From a virus (Duplodnaviria > Caudoviricetes), in IMG/VR virus record IMGVR_UViG_3300025066_000003, positions 4,336 to 68,335 of that record: 64,000 nucleotides of DNA. The stretch is one strand, 5' to 3'. The notes beneath the pieces were generated by a model. That model saw only the letters and a list, made by a program, of their open reading frames with translations. It had not been told where the DNA came from and searched no databases. Below, piece by piece: positions 1-10,156 of this stretch. The position numbers and the translations under genes were made by a program. Positions within the stretch are counted from its first letter, which is position 1. Each line of letters starts with the position of its first letter.

Positions 1-321
1 GTTGATACTATTCATAGGGCTTCCTACTGTATATTGAGCCATGTCAATCTCAGCAGACATAAAGATTTCGTTTAAAGCTTCAGCAATCGCAGGATCACCA
101 ACCAATTCCGCAGGGATAACGACTTCTCCTGGTGTCATATGAGCTAATATGGTATCCCCCATACGCCCAGCCTCTTCGCCTTCTTCCATAGTCATCTCTT
201 GATCCATCATAGGATCACCTTCGGGCATACCACCACCAAGTCCCATCATTGAGGGATCACCCTCAGGCATACCGCCACCAAGTCCCATCTCCATCGCTTG
301 TTGCATTGGATCCATTGCCAT
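1..321 (-). CDS. Met/Gly-rich virion-associated protein, truncated at the window edge
   Basis: Manual translation from ATG 321: MAMDPMQQAMEMGLGGGMPEGDPSMMGLGGGMPEGDP...GRMGDTILAHMTPGEVVIP...SIN, open to base 1; occupies the pre-portal slot of T7-like phages. Confidence 0.7.
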   Translation of the reverse strand, partial: MAMDPMQQAMEMGLGGGMPEGDPSMMGLGGGMPEGDPMMDQEMTMEEGEEAGRMGDTILAHMTPGEVVIPAELVGDPAIAEALNEIFMSAEIDMAQYTVGSPMNSIN

Positions 322-324
322 AAC

Positions 325-516
325 TTAACCCCTTTCTTGTTGTTTAGTGATTTGAAATAGCTTCTTTATTAATTCTCTCTGACCTCCCCTAAATGCCCAG
401 TCCTCTCTTGATACATCCTTAGAATAATCAAGAGGAGGATACATCTTCTCCAGAATCTTTACTAGATCTGGATCGACGTATGGTATTTTTTGATTCGGCA
501 TTGAGTTGTTCCTCAA
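325..516 (-). CDS. Small hypothetical protein typical of the pre-portal region of T7-like phages
   Basis: 63-aa ORF (likely start MPNQK) with YPP...AFRGGQRELI pattern. Confidence 0.55.
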   Translation of the reverse strand: MRNNSMPNQKIPYVDPDLVKILEKMYPPLDYSKDVSREDWAFRGGQRELIKKLFQITKQQERG

Positions 517-616
517 CCTTCTTGAGTCTGTTGTCTAACTCTTGAAGGAATTTATTTAGTTGTGTTGTATTCAAAGAATTACTTAAGCCCAGTTGTCGGG
601 CGGGTGAAATATCCAT
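428..616 (-). CDS. Hypothetical coiled-coil protein
   Basis: ATG overlaps RNR stop (TAATG); overlaps the next ORF, so uncertain. Confidence 0.4.
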   Translation of the reverse strand: MDISPARQLGLSNSLNTTQLNKFLQELDNRLKKVEEQLNAESKNTIRRSRSSKDSGEDVSSS

Positions 617-2517
617 TAGGTTGTCTCCACTAAGTCTACTACTTCGCAAGAACCCCCACTACATGCTAAGGTTTGTGTACCTTTAGTTGTATCCTCAGAT
701 TCATATTCTCTAAGTTTATTACAATCTACCTCTGGCATATTCTTACTTAATTTATTATAACATTCTTCAGATATCTCCTCAAAGGGAGCCTGTTCATAAA
801 CATGGTCAACCCTAGGTAGGAAAGATATACCTTGAATGTCATCAAAGTTTTCCAGAACCCATGCTCCTACTGGTAGGAACTCATCGTCTGTATAATGAAT
901 GGTGATAGACGGATTATGGTCACACCAATGATTCTTATATACTCGCCAAAGCTCTAGGTGTTCTAGGGCTGAGACATCCTGTGCCTCTCTACTATGTGTA
1001 GAGGAAGATAGAGGGAAACTAAAGACTCCTGTTGATTCAGGATTAAGTACACAGTCTTCTACAGGTATCCCTGCGTCTTTCATAAAGCTATAGATAGGAT
1101 CCTTCTTGTCTATACGTACTCTTCGTATGTAATGAGACGCATATCTCGGATGTATACCCGAAGATGTATTCGCTAGACATGATACTGTACCGCTAGGTTT
1201 AACACAGGTTATAGCAGCTGACTTATTGATTCCAAGTTTGTCTGCCCATTCTGAATTAGTTTTCCTAGCATGCTCACGCCATCTACCCAGACGACCAGAG
1301 AGTTTCTCTAGTCCTTCCTTACCCCACATTAAGGGGTTGTCGTAGATACCAGTGAATGATACCCCAAGTAATCTCTCTTCTTCTACATTCCTTTCCCACT
1401 CTGTACTAAGGAATGGGAAGTATGTCATAGATGATTGACAAGTACCTAGGATGGTAGCATGCTCAATCTTTCTCTTGATATCTGCGATCTTATCGTCACT
1501 TCGGATGATGACCTCAGTTAAATTACAGAATTGTTTTGGTCTAAGAAGAATCTCAGCACAGGGATTCAGTCCATACTCTATAGTATTGTCCCGCCCTAAC
1601 CAATCACATTGTTCTTGAGCACCTAATCTATTGTAGATACCACGCTCACCTGAATGGGAATCATATAAAGACTGCCACTCTGACATGAACTCAGTCAACG
1701 CAGGTTTTCCTCGGTACACTGCTGAGTTGTTAGCCAACGCACGATGCCCCGAACCTTCCCACCATGCGCCACTCTTACATTTAGCCATTGGTCTGTCATT
1801 TAGATCTGATAAGGAAATCATAGCACTACGACGTACTCCGCCTACAATAATAGACTTAGCTATGACACAACATATATCATGACACTCTAATGTAGTCAAC
1901 TTTCGACCACGAGCATTATAAAATGTATTAGTGATGTACTTAAAGACAGCCTCAAGAGGCTCTGGTCCACTAGCACGACCACCAAAGGTTTCAAGCTTAG
2001 CTCCAGAGGGTCTAACAAGGGATGTATCCCATGTTGGGTGGATACCTTTATTCCAAAGATAATCCAATAGATTCCTTAGGGAATCTGCCCACCCTTCTTT
2101 AGAGTCTTCTACTCTAACCGTGAATCCACGATCCCTAACTATTGAACTAGGGACAGGCTTTAGTTTGTCAGTACACCTAGATTCTACGGAGTATCCTACT
2201 CCAGTACCATTCATTAGAATGTACATTAACTCTGAGAATGCTACTAGAGAATCAATCTCTAGATAGGAACAGTTGTAAACACAAGTGTTATCCCTATCAG
2301 CAGCGGGTCCAGCGGTCATCAATGCTCTCATTGACGGCATAACCTCTAAGTTATAGATACTATCTTTAATCTCAGGGGTATTTTTAAGGTCAGGAAACTT
2401 ATTGACCATCCAATCCCAGTATCTACTGACGGTCTCATACCACGTTTCTCTTCTATTTTCTTCTTTAAGCCATCTAGCATATCTAGATATGGCAATAAAC
2501 TGTTGGAATGAATCCAT
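616..2517 (-). CDS. nrdJ: Class II (adenosylcobalamin-dependent) ribonucleotide reductase
   Basis: SRYARW..RRETW, PSMRAL, YNCSY, NPCAEI, TCVKPSGTVS, C-terminal CxxxxC; no small subunit nearby. Confidence 0.9.
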   Translation of the reverse strand: MDSFQQFIAISRYARWLKEENRRETWYETVSRYWDWMVNKFPDLKNTPEIKDSIYNLEVMPSMRALMTAGPAADRDNTCVYNCSYLEIDSLVAFSELMYILMNGTGVGYSVESRCTDKLKPVPSSIVRDRGFTVRVEDSKEGWADSLRNLLDYLWNKGIHPTWDTSLVRPSGAKLETFGGRASGPEPLEAVFKYITNTFYNARGRKLTTLECHDICCVIAKSIIVGGVRRSAMISLSDLNDRPMAKCKSGAWWEGSGHRALANNSAVYRGKPALTEFMSEWQSLYDSHSGERGIYNRLGAQEQCDWLGRDNTIEYGLNPCAEILLRPKQFCNLTEVIIRSDDKIADIKRKIEHATILGTCQSSMTYFPFLSTEWERNVEEERLLGVSFTGIYDNPLMWGKEGLEKLSGRLGRWREHARKTNSEWADKLGINKSAAITCVKPSGTVSCLANTSSGIHPRYASHYIRRVRIDKKDPIYSFMKDAGIPVEDCVLNPESTGVFSFPLSSSTHSREAQDVSALEHLELWRVYKNHWCDHNPSITIHYTDDEFLPVGAWVLENFDDIQGISFLPRVDHVYEQAPFEEISEECYNKLSKNMPEVDCNKLREYESEDTTKGTQTLACSGGSCEVVDLVETT

Positions 2518-2984
2518 TAACTAACTCCAGTACTCCCGAAACCTCCGCCTTGACGCTCAGTTGAGCAATCGTAATTAAAATCCGCATCACTACAGTACTC
2601 AAATCCTGGAGTAAGTGTAGGGATAAACAATATCTGTGCAACCCGTAGCCCGTTGGTTACTTCGAATGAGGTATCCGATATATTCATGAGAGCCATCTTA
2701 ATCTCTCCTCTATAATCACTATCTATAACCCCTATGGTATTCGCTAGTACTATACCACGCTTAGTACTCAAGCCAGATCTAGGTACAAGTAACCCACATA
2801 TACCCTTAGGTATAACCATCTTCATCCCAGAAGAAATCATCTTGGTTTCTCCAGGTTTGATTGTTTCAGATCCTTTGACGACAGCACATAAATCATAACC
2901 CGAAGCTCCATTAGAACCTCTTGTTGGTATTTTTACGTGTCCGTTTCTTGTATTTAATTTTACATGTTCAGTTGTTAAAATCAT
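2517..2984 (-). CDS. dut: Trimeric dUTPase
   Basis: GASGYDL, PRSGL, GVIDSDYRGE, RQGGGFGSTG motifs. Confidence 0.95.
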   Translation of the reverse strand: MILTTEHVKLNTRNGHVKIPTRGSNGASGYDLCAVVKGSETIKPGETKMISSGMKMVIPKGICGLLVPRSGLSTKRGIVLANTIGVIDSDYRGEIKMALMNISDTSFEVTNGLRVAQILFIPTLTPGFEYCSDADFNYDCSTERQGGGFGSTGVS

Positions 2985-2996
2985 TGTATTCTCCGT

Positions 2997-3018
2997 TATA
3001 CTATAATACCCGTTTCAA
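2997..3018 (-). promoter_or_regulatory. Putative phage RNAP promoter, class A (TTGAAACGGGTATTATAGTATA)
   Basis: Matches copies at 15302-15323 and 28265-28286; directly upstream of the dut RBS. Confidence 0.65.
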
Positions 3019-3755
3019 GGTATATCCTTAGGCATATCCCATAATATAGGACACCTAGTTGTTTTATCAAAGTCATCAATACGAAGTATTCTTACGCATC
3101 TAACTTGAGATAAGAAATATTCATAATCATATCCACGCTCTTCATAAGCCCACCAAATCTCTCTAAGCCAATCCTCAGGATCAAATGTAGCAATCTCTTT
3201 CTCAAAGAAACTCTTACCACACTTAGGTAATCCAGGTATACCATCTGTAGTATCTCCTGTGACTATCTGTTCAGCAAAGAAGCGGTCGGCTTCATCTGTA
3301 GATATCTCTCTAGGTTCTCTTTCTTTATCAGGATTCCAGTGCCATCCCGGTACACCTCTAAGGTCTTTATCTATTGTTACAGCAATCGCTGTACCAGACG
3401 ATGCTCCCATACCCATGATATCATCAGCTTCTATTCGGTCGATCTTCTTGATACTCCCCATACCCTTGATCAACTCCATAGCATAGTTCAGACAATCAGG
3501 AGCTGAGCGAGTCTCCCTATTAGATTTATAATTAGCCCAGCAATCTCTTCTGTAATTTTCCTTACGATTGCACGATAATGCAATCACAGGTTTACATCCT
3601 TTCGGTGTCCATTCTTGTATGTCATATAGTAACCGATCCTCTAGTTCATCTATACCTTCAGTGTCTGCCCAGAATGCTGCCCTATATGCTATTATATCCC
3701 CATCTAGTATCGCTACATTAGGTCTCTTCATCTTCATCTCCTTCACTCGTTTCAT
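3015..3755 (-). CDS. 5'-3' exonuclease (T7 gp6-like)
   Basis: LDGDIIAYR, YKSNR, EADDIMG, DKDL, GDTTDGIPG motifs. Confidence 0.92.
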   Translation of the reverse strand: MKRVKEMKMKRPNVAILDGDIIAYRAAFWADTEGIDELEDRLLYDIQEWTPKGCKPVIALSCNRKENYRRDCWANYKSNRETRSAPDCLNYAMELIKGMGSIKKIDRIEADDIMGMGASSGTAIAVTIDKDLRGVPGWHWNPDKEREPREISTDEADRFFAEQIVTGDTTDGIPGLPKCGKSFFEKEIATFDPEDWLREIWWAYEERGYDYEYFLSQVRCVRILRIDDFDKTTRCPILWDMPKDIP

Positions 3756-4461
3756 CTAAATACTTTATCATTTCTTCATATATCTCCTTAAGGATACCTT
3801 CTAATGGTTGTCCATCTTTCATGGTCTTACAAAAAGCGCAATCACAATCAATCTCTCCACATGAATCAGCATCCATACCACACCAAACGGGAAGATACTC
3901 TTTAATTTTCTTCTCAAACTCTTCCCAAGTTTTATCATTCAATACTACCCATGAATAAAGATTCAAGTAATCCTTGTCGCCTTCCTCAATTTTCATAGCT
4001 ACTTCTTCCGATAAATCATTACGCCATTCACCATCATTGTCTCTTAGCTCTCTATCACCAGTACCAATAAAGATCTGTATGGCATTATTAAATCTACCAT
4101 AGGCTATCTCATTCAAGTAACGACAATCATCTACTATCACCAAGGTTTCCCAGAACTGATTCCCTTGTTTTAAAAGATAACTTTCCTCATCCCACAAACC
4201 CATAAAAGTATCATTAAACTTCTTGACAAAGTAGTCTGGATCCTCGGCTCTATGTTTCTTTCCCATAGATTGACAAAACTCTCTGTATTTTTCTGGTTCT
4301 TTATCCTTAGTAAAACCTGCGTTCTCTGCCTCTTGTTTGATACAGTCAGCAAAGGAAACTATATGTGGTCTCATTCCTTTATTAAAAGCATACTTAGCTA
4401 TATGTCTAGCTAAAAAGGTTTTCCCAACCCCAGCCTTTCCCCCTAACATTATGAATTGCAT
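3718..4461 (-). CDS. Deoxynucleoside monophosphate kinase-like P-loop protein
   Basis: GKAGVGKT, SFAD.IK.E, VDDCRYLNE. Confidence 0.75.
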   Translation of the reverse strand: MQFIMLGGKAGVGKTFLARHIAKYAFNKGMRPHIVSFADCIKQEAENAGFTKDKEPEKYREFCQSMGKKHRAEDPDYFVKKFNDTFMGLWDEESYLLKQGNQFWETLVIVDDCRYLNEIAYGRFNNAIQIFIGTGDRELRDNDGEWRNDLSEEVAMKIEEGDKDYLNLYSWVVLNDKTWEEFEKKIKEYLPVWCGMDADSCGEIDCDCAFCKTMKDGQPLEGILKEIYEEMIKYLDETSEGDEDEET

Positions 4462-4940
4462 TCTATTAATTCCTTATATAGTTCGGCAGGGGATACGCAC
4501 TGTTTAATCTCGTATCCACAGCACCGAAGTATTTCACACACTAATGTAGCACAGGTCTTTGGTTTCTTAGCTCCAAACCATCTTGTTACAAAGAACCATA
4601 TGAGAACTTTCCTCACACTTCCTTGATACAAACCTGAGATAATCTTATCTATCCCTGTGATATCTACGTCTAACTCTCCTAAACAAATATAAAGATCTGG
4701 ACTCCCTAGAAATTTGTCTACAGTATCAGAAGATGCAAATGTAGCATTCTTTTTTACTAAGGCAACTAAAGAATTCTCTCCTATCTTTATAGTACAATGG
4801 GTGTAACAACACTTAGTTATGTGTCGTATCATACTTACCCATACTTTCTCTATCTTAGTAGACTGCTTATTAAAGATGTCATACATACTATGATCATATC
4901 TATAAAAACCTACCTCAACATTTAATGACATTCCGACCAA
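4449..4940 (-). CDS. Permuted papain-like (NlpC/P60 superfamily) protein
   Basis: His motif YTHCTI precedes Cys motif TCATLVCEIL. Confidence 0.5.
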   Translation of the reverse strand: MVGMSLNVEVGFYRYDHSMYDIFNKQSTKIEKVWVSMIRHITKCCYTHCTIKIGENSLVALVKKNATFASSDTVDKFLGSPDLYICLGELDVDITGIDKIISGLYQGSVRKVLIWFFVTRWFGAKKPKTCATLVCEILRCCGYEIKQCVSPAELYKELIECNS

Positions 4941-6625
4941 TCCTTTCCGATCCTATAGTCTCCTTCTAAAGCAATAGAACAACCCAGCCGTTCACCAGCT
5001 TCCGTTATGCTATCGCATCCCATCTGCCCCACCTCTTCAGCTAACTCAGGTACACATTCCATTTGCCATTCATCATGCACAGTAGCCATGAATTTAACCC
5101 TGTCCTGATACTTCTTCTTCTTTATCTTACGATCAAAGATACATTGAGCAAGCTTCATCACGATAGCCCCATCACCCTGTAGTTGTACATTCAAGGCAGC
5201 ATGTGCTGACCTACATGGTACAAGTCTACCGTCGAGTAAGGATATCTTTCCAAGCTTCTTAACCTGAAACTTACAGTCATCTATAACCTTCTTCAAAGCA
5301 GGAAGACCATCTAAGAATTGTTTCTTAAGTTTTCTACCCATGTAAGAAGACTTACCAACAATCTCACCAATCCTAGCATCTCCAGCTCCATAGATAAAAC
5401 CATAGAAAAATGTCTTAGCATCATTCCTGTTAGATAATCCAGCTAACCTCTGGTTCTCTGAGTGGATATCCTTCTCGGTAATGATCTTACCATATGCTCC
5501 CTTATCAAAGGGATACATACGATTCCCAAGCATCCTTGCCTCTAGTCCTTTAGCATCTATCCCTACCTGTAGCCATCCCTCTCTAGGAACAAATAACCGC
5601 CTAGCTCTAGGGTCTCCTGATACCTGTTGTAGGTTTGGTTGGTTAGCGGTCATTCTTCCTGTGACCGTACCCTGTGGGTTTATAGACCCATGTATCCTAC
5701 CATCTCTAGAGTTAGATGCCCTAGTTATCCAGTCGGTAACCTGCCCCATTAACTTTATAATATTAAAATATTCTACCAAGACCTTAGCTTCGGGGAAGTT
5801 AAGCTTCTTGAGTACAGACTCATCAACCTTAGGATTTCCTTTGTCTGTTAATGGTGGCTTCCAGTTATATTTATCACCAAGCCTCTCAGCTATCTGCTTA
5901 CGAGATCCCGGATTGAATTTAATAACCTGATCCTTTAGTTTCTTCCCTGTCTTATCAGAATATCTTTCAATAATCTTAGTAGGAAAGACTCTTTTGAATC
6001 CGTTCTCGATCACCGTCTTCCTCTTTTGTAAAGTATGGTCTAGTTCTATGGCTGCTTTCAGATCGAAGCCAAAACCATTTCCAGTTTGTGTAGCAATGAT
6101 CTTAGATAAGATATGCTCTAGAGATATTATCTTTTCATGTGTCATAATATACTCTAGTTGTTCTAGATATATAGCCTTATTAACCTGAGTATCTTGTACA
6201 CAGTATTCTAACATCTCTTCACTGAATACTTCCCATCCTCCAGCATACTCTTCCTTATATACCCCAAGTGCCCTGCCCCACATCTCTAAAGAGTTTCCTC
6301 CAAGAGGGTGTTGATTGCGGTCGGGATACATTAGTTTACTTATTATTAAAGTATCTATAGTATCTGTGGGTATCTTACCGTACAATCTCTCCAATAAAGG
6401 GATGTCATACATGGTAATATTATGACCAACCAATAGGTCAGCCTCTCGTAACATTTGTACACCTTCCTCGATCTCAGATGGACCAAAGGTTTTAACAGTG
6501 TCGCTGTCTAAATCTAAGCACACCATACAATGCACTGTATCTCCTTCTGGGACAGAGACTCCCTTCTTCCCGAGTACTAACTCAGAAAGACCATTCCCCT
6601 CAATATCAAATACGATACGGTTCAT
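4922..6625 (-). CDS. Family A DNA polymerase (T7 gp5-like)
   Basis: Exo VFDIEG; motif A DAKGLEAR, motif B AKTFFYGFIYGAG, motif C VHDEWQ. Confidence 0.97.
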   Translation of the reverse strand: MNRIVFDIEGNGLSELVLGKKGVSVPEGDTVHCMVCLDLDSDTVKTFGPSEIEEGVQMLREADLLVGHNITMYDIPLLERLYGKIPTDTIDTLIISKLMYPDRNQHPLGGNSLEMWGRALGVYKEEYAGGWEVFSEEMLEYCVQDTQVNKAIYLEQLEYIMTHEKIISLEHILSKIIATQTGNGFGFDLKAAIELDHTLQKRKTVIENGFKRVFPTKIIERYSDKTGKKLKDQVIKFNPGSRKQIAERLGDKYNWKPPLTDKGNPKVDESVLKKLNFPEAKVLVEYFNIIKLMGQVTDWITRASNSRDGRIHGSINPQGTVTGRMTANQPNLQQVSGDPRARRLFVPREGWLQVGIDAKGLEARMLGNRMYPFDKGAYGKIITEKDIHSENQRLAGLSNRNDAKTFFYGFIYGAGDARIGEIVGKSSYMGRKLKKQFLDGLPALKKVIDDCKFQVKKLGKISLLDGRLVPCRSAHAALNVQLQGDGAIVMKLAQCIFDRKIKKKKYQDRVKFMATVHDEWQMECVPELAEEVGQMGCDSITEAGERLGCSIALEGDYRIGKDWSECH

Positions 6626-6634
6626 AAGTATCTC

Positions 6635-6952
6635 CTAAAAATATCTCCACATTCCCTTCTGTTGCCATTCCTTAGGTGGTGTTGAATCATCACCATGAAA
6701 TTTAATCGACGAATACATCAGCCCCTGTGGAGTTATGACATGTATGTACGTGTGATTATTATGTTCATATGTTACTTGTACCTTACCGAGATCTCTCTCT
6801 ACATTCACAGGTACATTTGCAGAACCATTCCCAAAGTTCATGGGAATCGAATGTTCCCCTGAAACCATAGAGGTAAGGTCTGCTCCTAGTGTTACACCTT
6901 CTCCGCCGATGGTGTCACTTACGAATTCCATTATATTATTTTCTTCAGTCAT
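6635..6952 (-). CDS. Hypothetical protein
   Basis: 105-aa ORF tightly packed in the operon. Confidence 0.6.
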   Translation of the reverse strand: MTEENNIMEFVSDTIGGEGVTLGADLTSMVSGEHSIPMNFGNGSANVPVNVERDLGKVQVTYEHNNHTYIHVITPQGLMYSSIKFHGDDSTPPKEWQQKGMWRYF

Positions 6953-7424
6953 CTAAACCAAACTCCTTATAACTAGCCAACATCTTTCCTAAATTATGCA
7001 TGTGCTCCACATTAAAACTTCTTAACACTATACAGTCTATATGAGTAGCACCCATCTTCTTTGCTGCTCCTAATCTACAGTTACCGTATCCTACGATATA
7101 CTGTGGACCATCTGAGTAAGGGATGTTCTGAAACTTATTGCCCCAATATCCCGAACCAGTTAAATGCCTAGGAAATATATATTCTCCTTGGTCATCTCTA
7201 TCTCTATAATTCCTAAAGAACTGATGCGTAACTAGGGGGTTAACTAGCCCCTCCTCTGGTAGATTTATTAATAACTTCTCTACCAACTTAGGATTACCAC
7301 CTAAGTTTTTAGGATGGTATAAACACTCTATCGGTATTCTCTCAACTACAAAATCAGGGACTGCCCAATTCTTAGAGAAGGTACCATAGTCTGCTAAACA
7401 TTGATTCTTAGATTCTAATATCAT
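6945..7424 (-). CDS. ParB/Srx-like N-terminal domain protein
   Basis: GLVNPLV...YIVGYGNCRLGAAKKMG..IDCIV pattern. Confidence 0.6.
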   Translation of the reverse strand: MILESKNQCLADYGTFSKNWAVPDFVVERIPIECLYHPKNLGGNPKLVEKLLINLPEEGLVNPLVTHQFFRNYRDRDDQGEYIFPRHLTGSGYWGNKFQNIPYSDGPQYIVGYGNCRLGAAKKMGATHIDCIVLRSFNVEHMHNLGKMLASYKEFGLDD

Positions 7425-9148
7425 TAGTTATCTCCAACGGGTCTAAACTCTGCCGAACCATCATCACCAATAACTATATCTACCTCATCTAATCTACCTG
7501 TTTTCCTATTGAAATACAAAGCACTAGCAACACCTGCTCTACCTGTGAGCCTATTCTTTAGAACTCTAACAGTGGTGGTATTAGCTAGGTTGTCGTCAGG
7601 ATTCTGTCTATCCCTCTCTAAACCTACGACCACATTAGGTACACTTGCTAGCGAGCCAGAGCCACGAAGATCTTGTAAGGTAATCCTATCTCCCTCTTCG
7701 TATGCTTTATTTGTTTTCTTTAGTTGAGATACAACATCAATACGTACACCAGTACGAGAGACCAACCCACGTAACTCTTTCATTATGTTATCAATGAGTA
7801 AACGCTCTGAAGAACCTCCATCAAAATCACTTGACGATCCCATTAATCCAGCAGCTGCCGCAGTAATATGATCTAGTACAATAACATCTACCTTAAGAGA
7901 TACCGCCATGTATTCCATTCTAGCACAAAGATTCTTAAGTCCATTGTTTCCTAGGTGATCATACACATAGAAGGATGTTTGTCCTAGTTTAGTTCTAGCA
8001 TTAGCATACTCTTCATCCGTTAGATCATCAATGTAATCCATGAATACAGGATCTCTCCCCATCTTCTCATTAAGATCATTCATTAGCTTCGCAGCTTTGA
8101 TAGCCCTAACAGGTTTATTAATCATCAAGGAAATCATATCATCCATAGTTTCCTTTGGTGCTTCCTCTAACATTATAGCACCCACACTACGCCCCTCTTC
8201 AAGGTGGTGGTGCATCAACTCTCTAAGGATTGTTGTCTTGCCTGATCCAGTACCACTAGCCCACAATGTAATCTCTCCAGACCTTTGTCCAATAAGGAAC
8301 TCAGTCAAAGTGTTAAAGGGAAAGGGATACACTCTTGTTTCTGATAAATCTTGAGTATCTATAACCCTAGAGATATGTAAGATCTCATCTGGTGCGAATG
8401 GTTGGGCTTCCCATAACGCAGACACAGCATCATCAGCCATACCCTTCTTAAGACATTCGTTACCATCCTTACAAGGTAGCGTAGCAATCTTACACTTACC
8501 CGGAGGTAATATCTCTGCCACCTTAACCATCGCCTCCTTGCCAGGATCGTCTTGATCGAAGCATAATACTACTTCATCATAAGATACTACCCATTCAAGG
8601 TTATCTTTGATTGCTTTCACAGCACCCGCTGCTCCGTTAGGTAAAGATACTACACCCCACCTACCACCAAGCATCTGGTTAATAGCCATGCAATCATACT
8701 CTCCTTCGGTAATGATGATTCTCTTACCTCCCTTACGCCATAGGTGTTGACCCCATAGTGTGGGATGTGAGTTGTCTCCATTCCAAAAGAACTTCTTATT
8801 TGAACCACGTAAATGTTGAGCAACTAAAGTTCCATCCTTATAGTAGTTAGCAATCTCTAACTTCTCATCCATGTTACACTGATAATTATATTTCTTTGCG
8901 GTCTCCTTAGTGATACCACGCTTAAGATTGCCAACACAATCTCCAGTATACTTAGTAAACTCCAAAGATTTGTTCACTGGTTTCACTGATACTTCTCCTT
9001 TGGCTGAATTATAGTAACCACAACTAAAGCAATAGCTATGTCCGTCATCATAATTAGCTAAGTTATCTCCAGATCTATCATGACCTTTCGATGCACACGA
9101 AGGACATCTGCCTCTACTTGTAACTACACTTTCTTCTTCTATTTTCAT
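7424..9148 (-). CDS. Primase-helicase (T7 gp4-like)
   Basis: CPSC/CFSC zinc finger, TOPRIM ITEGEYD, Walker A GTGSGKTT, DLRGSGSL, KNR.TG. Confidence 0.97.
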   Translation of the reverse strand: MKIEEESVVTSRGRCPSCASKGHDRSGDNLANYDDGHSYCFSCGYYNSAKGEVSVKPVNKSLEFTKYTGDCVGNLKRGITKETAKKYNYQCNMDEKLEIANYYKDGTLVAQHLRGSNKKFFWNGDNSHPTLWGQHLWRKGGKRIIITEGEYDCMAINQMLGGRWGVVSLPNGAAGAVKAIKDNLEWVVSYDEVVLCFDQDDPGKEAMVKVAEILPPGKCKIATLPCKDGNECLKKGMADDAVSALWEAQPFAPDEILHISRVIDTQDLSETRVYPFPFNTLTEFLIGQRSGEITLWASGTGSGKTTILRELMHHHLEEGRSVGAIMLEEAPKETMDDMISLMINKPVRAIKAAKLMNDLNEKMGRDPVFMDYIDDLTDEEYANARTKLGQTSFYVYDHLGNNGLKNLCARMEYMAVSLKVDVIVLDHITAAAAGLMGSSSDFDGGSSERLLIDNIMKELRGLVSRTGVRIDVVSQLKKTNKAYEEGDRITLQDLRGSGSLASVPNVVVGLERDRQNPDDNLANTTTVRVLKNRLTGRAGVASALYFNRKTGRLDEVDIVIGDDGSAEFRPVGDN

Positions 9149-9213
9149 TCTCCATCTCCATTATCTATTTGCACCCCACCATTTTTTTCTTCTTCTAAAA
9201 TTTTCCAGGTCAT
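9145..9213 (-). CDS. 22-aa mini-ORF coupled to the primase start
   Basis: AAGGAGA RBS; MTWKILEEEKNGGVQIDNGDGE; TGA overlaps primase ATG (ATGA). Confidence 0.45.
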   Translation of the reverse strand: MTWKILEEEKNGGVQIDNGDGE

Positions 9214-9228
9214 AACTCTCTCCTTTAA

Positions 9229-9774
9229 TCATATCCATTCTCCTGTTAGATACTTACCATTGAATTTTAAGTTTACACAGTACTGCTTAAGCTTATCCAT
9301 CCACCACTCCATTGGTTCTACTGTTGGGTGTAGGTTTTTTCCTAGTGATAATATACTACTAGGTCTATGAGATATACTATATATAAATATACCACAAGGC
9401 TTACTGATTCTAGACATCTCTTTCAGTACCTCGTCCACCTCTTCAGGCAACAGGTGCTCTAGAGCATCAAAGGAAGTCACAACATCAGCATACCCATCAG
9501 GTAATGATACCTTATGCATCGGCTCTATCAAGTCTGCTTTAGGGTTAACAAAATCTACCCCTACTCCAGATATGTTGGAATTACTAATGGATTTAATAAA
9601 AGAATTATCACCGCATCCAAAATCAACTACAGTTCCTCCGTCTTTATCAATCAGAAAAGCATGTACTAAGGGTTTCGCACTCTTACCATGATTCGAAGCA
9701 CCATAATTTGGTCTTGTGGATAATAATTCTACATACTTATTCCTCTCTAGTATCCTTTGTTCGTCTAATCCCAC
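9229..9774 (-). CDS. Class I SAM-dependent methyltransferase
   Basis: VVDFGCG, GVGVD, DVVTSFDALEHL, RISKPCG. Confidence 0.85.
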   Translation of the reverse strand: MGLDEQRILERNKYVELLSTRPNYGASNHGKSAKPLVHAFLIDKDGGTVVDFGCGDNSFIKSISNSNISGVGVDFVNPKADLIEPMHKVSLPDGYADVVTSFDALEHLLPEEVDEVLKEMSRISKPCGIFIYSISHRPSSILSLGKNLHPTVEPMEWWMDKLKQYCVNLKFNGKYLTGEWI

Positions 9775-9778
9775 AACC

Positions 9779-10156
9779 TTACTCCTTAGAATTTATACCT
9801 AATGTAAAATAACCAGGCTCTCCCTTGGGAGCCCACTGTTTAGTCACATACATCGAACGAATCTGTTTATCATCAACCCATAGTTTGCCGTTCATTACAT
9901 CAAAGATAGCCTTTGTAAAGTTATCTATGTCAGCATTAGGACAATCGAGTTTAGTACTCTTAGGTCGTGTGATATACAGTTCAAGATCTACGTGCAGTGG
10001 GCTCTCAATCAAGGGGTAGTCGGTTCCAATAATATCATACACACATTCAGCCGCTTCCTCCCTGAATCTCTTGTATGGTCCTGTAAAGTAGGCACCATAC
10101 CGAGAGACCCTAGGGCGGCTAGCGGCGATAGGTGATATTGGGAATGTCCAATCCAT
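9779..10156 (-). CDS. RusA-like Holliday junction resolvase
   Basis: RPR..., PNADIDNFTKAIFD, WVDDKQI; sits in the T7 gp3 slot. Confidence 0.85.
   Translation of the reverse strand: MDWTFPISPIAASRPRVSRYGAYFTGPYKRFREEAAECVYDIIGTDYPLIESPLHVDLELYITRPKSTKLDCPNADIDNFTKAIFDVMNGKLWVDDKQIRSMYVTKQWAPKGEPGYFTLGINSKE

Noticed and set aside
616-6625. Introns, inteins or homing endonucleases in RNR or DNA polymerase
   Set aside because: Frames are continuous, lengths are compact, and no intein or endonuclease motifs were seen
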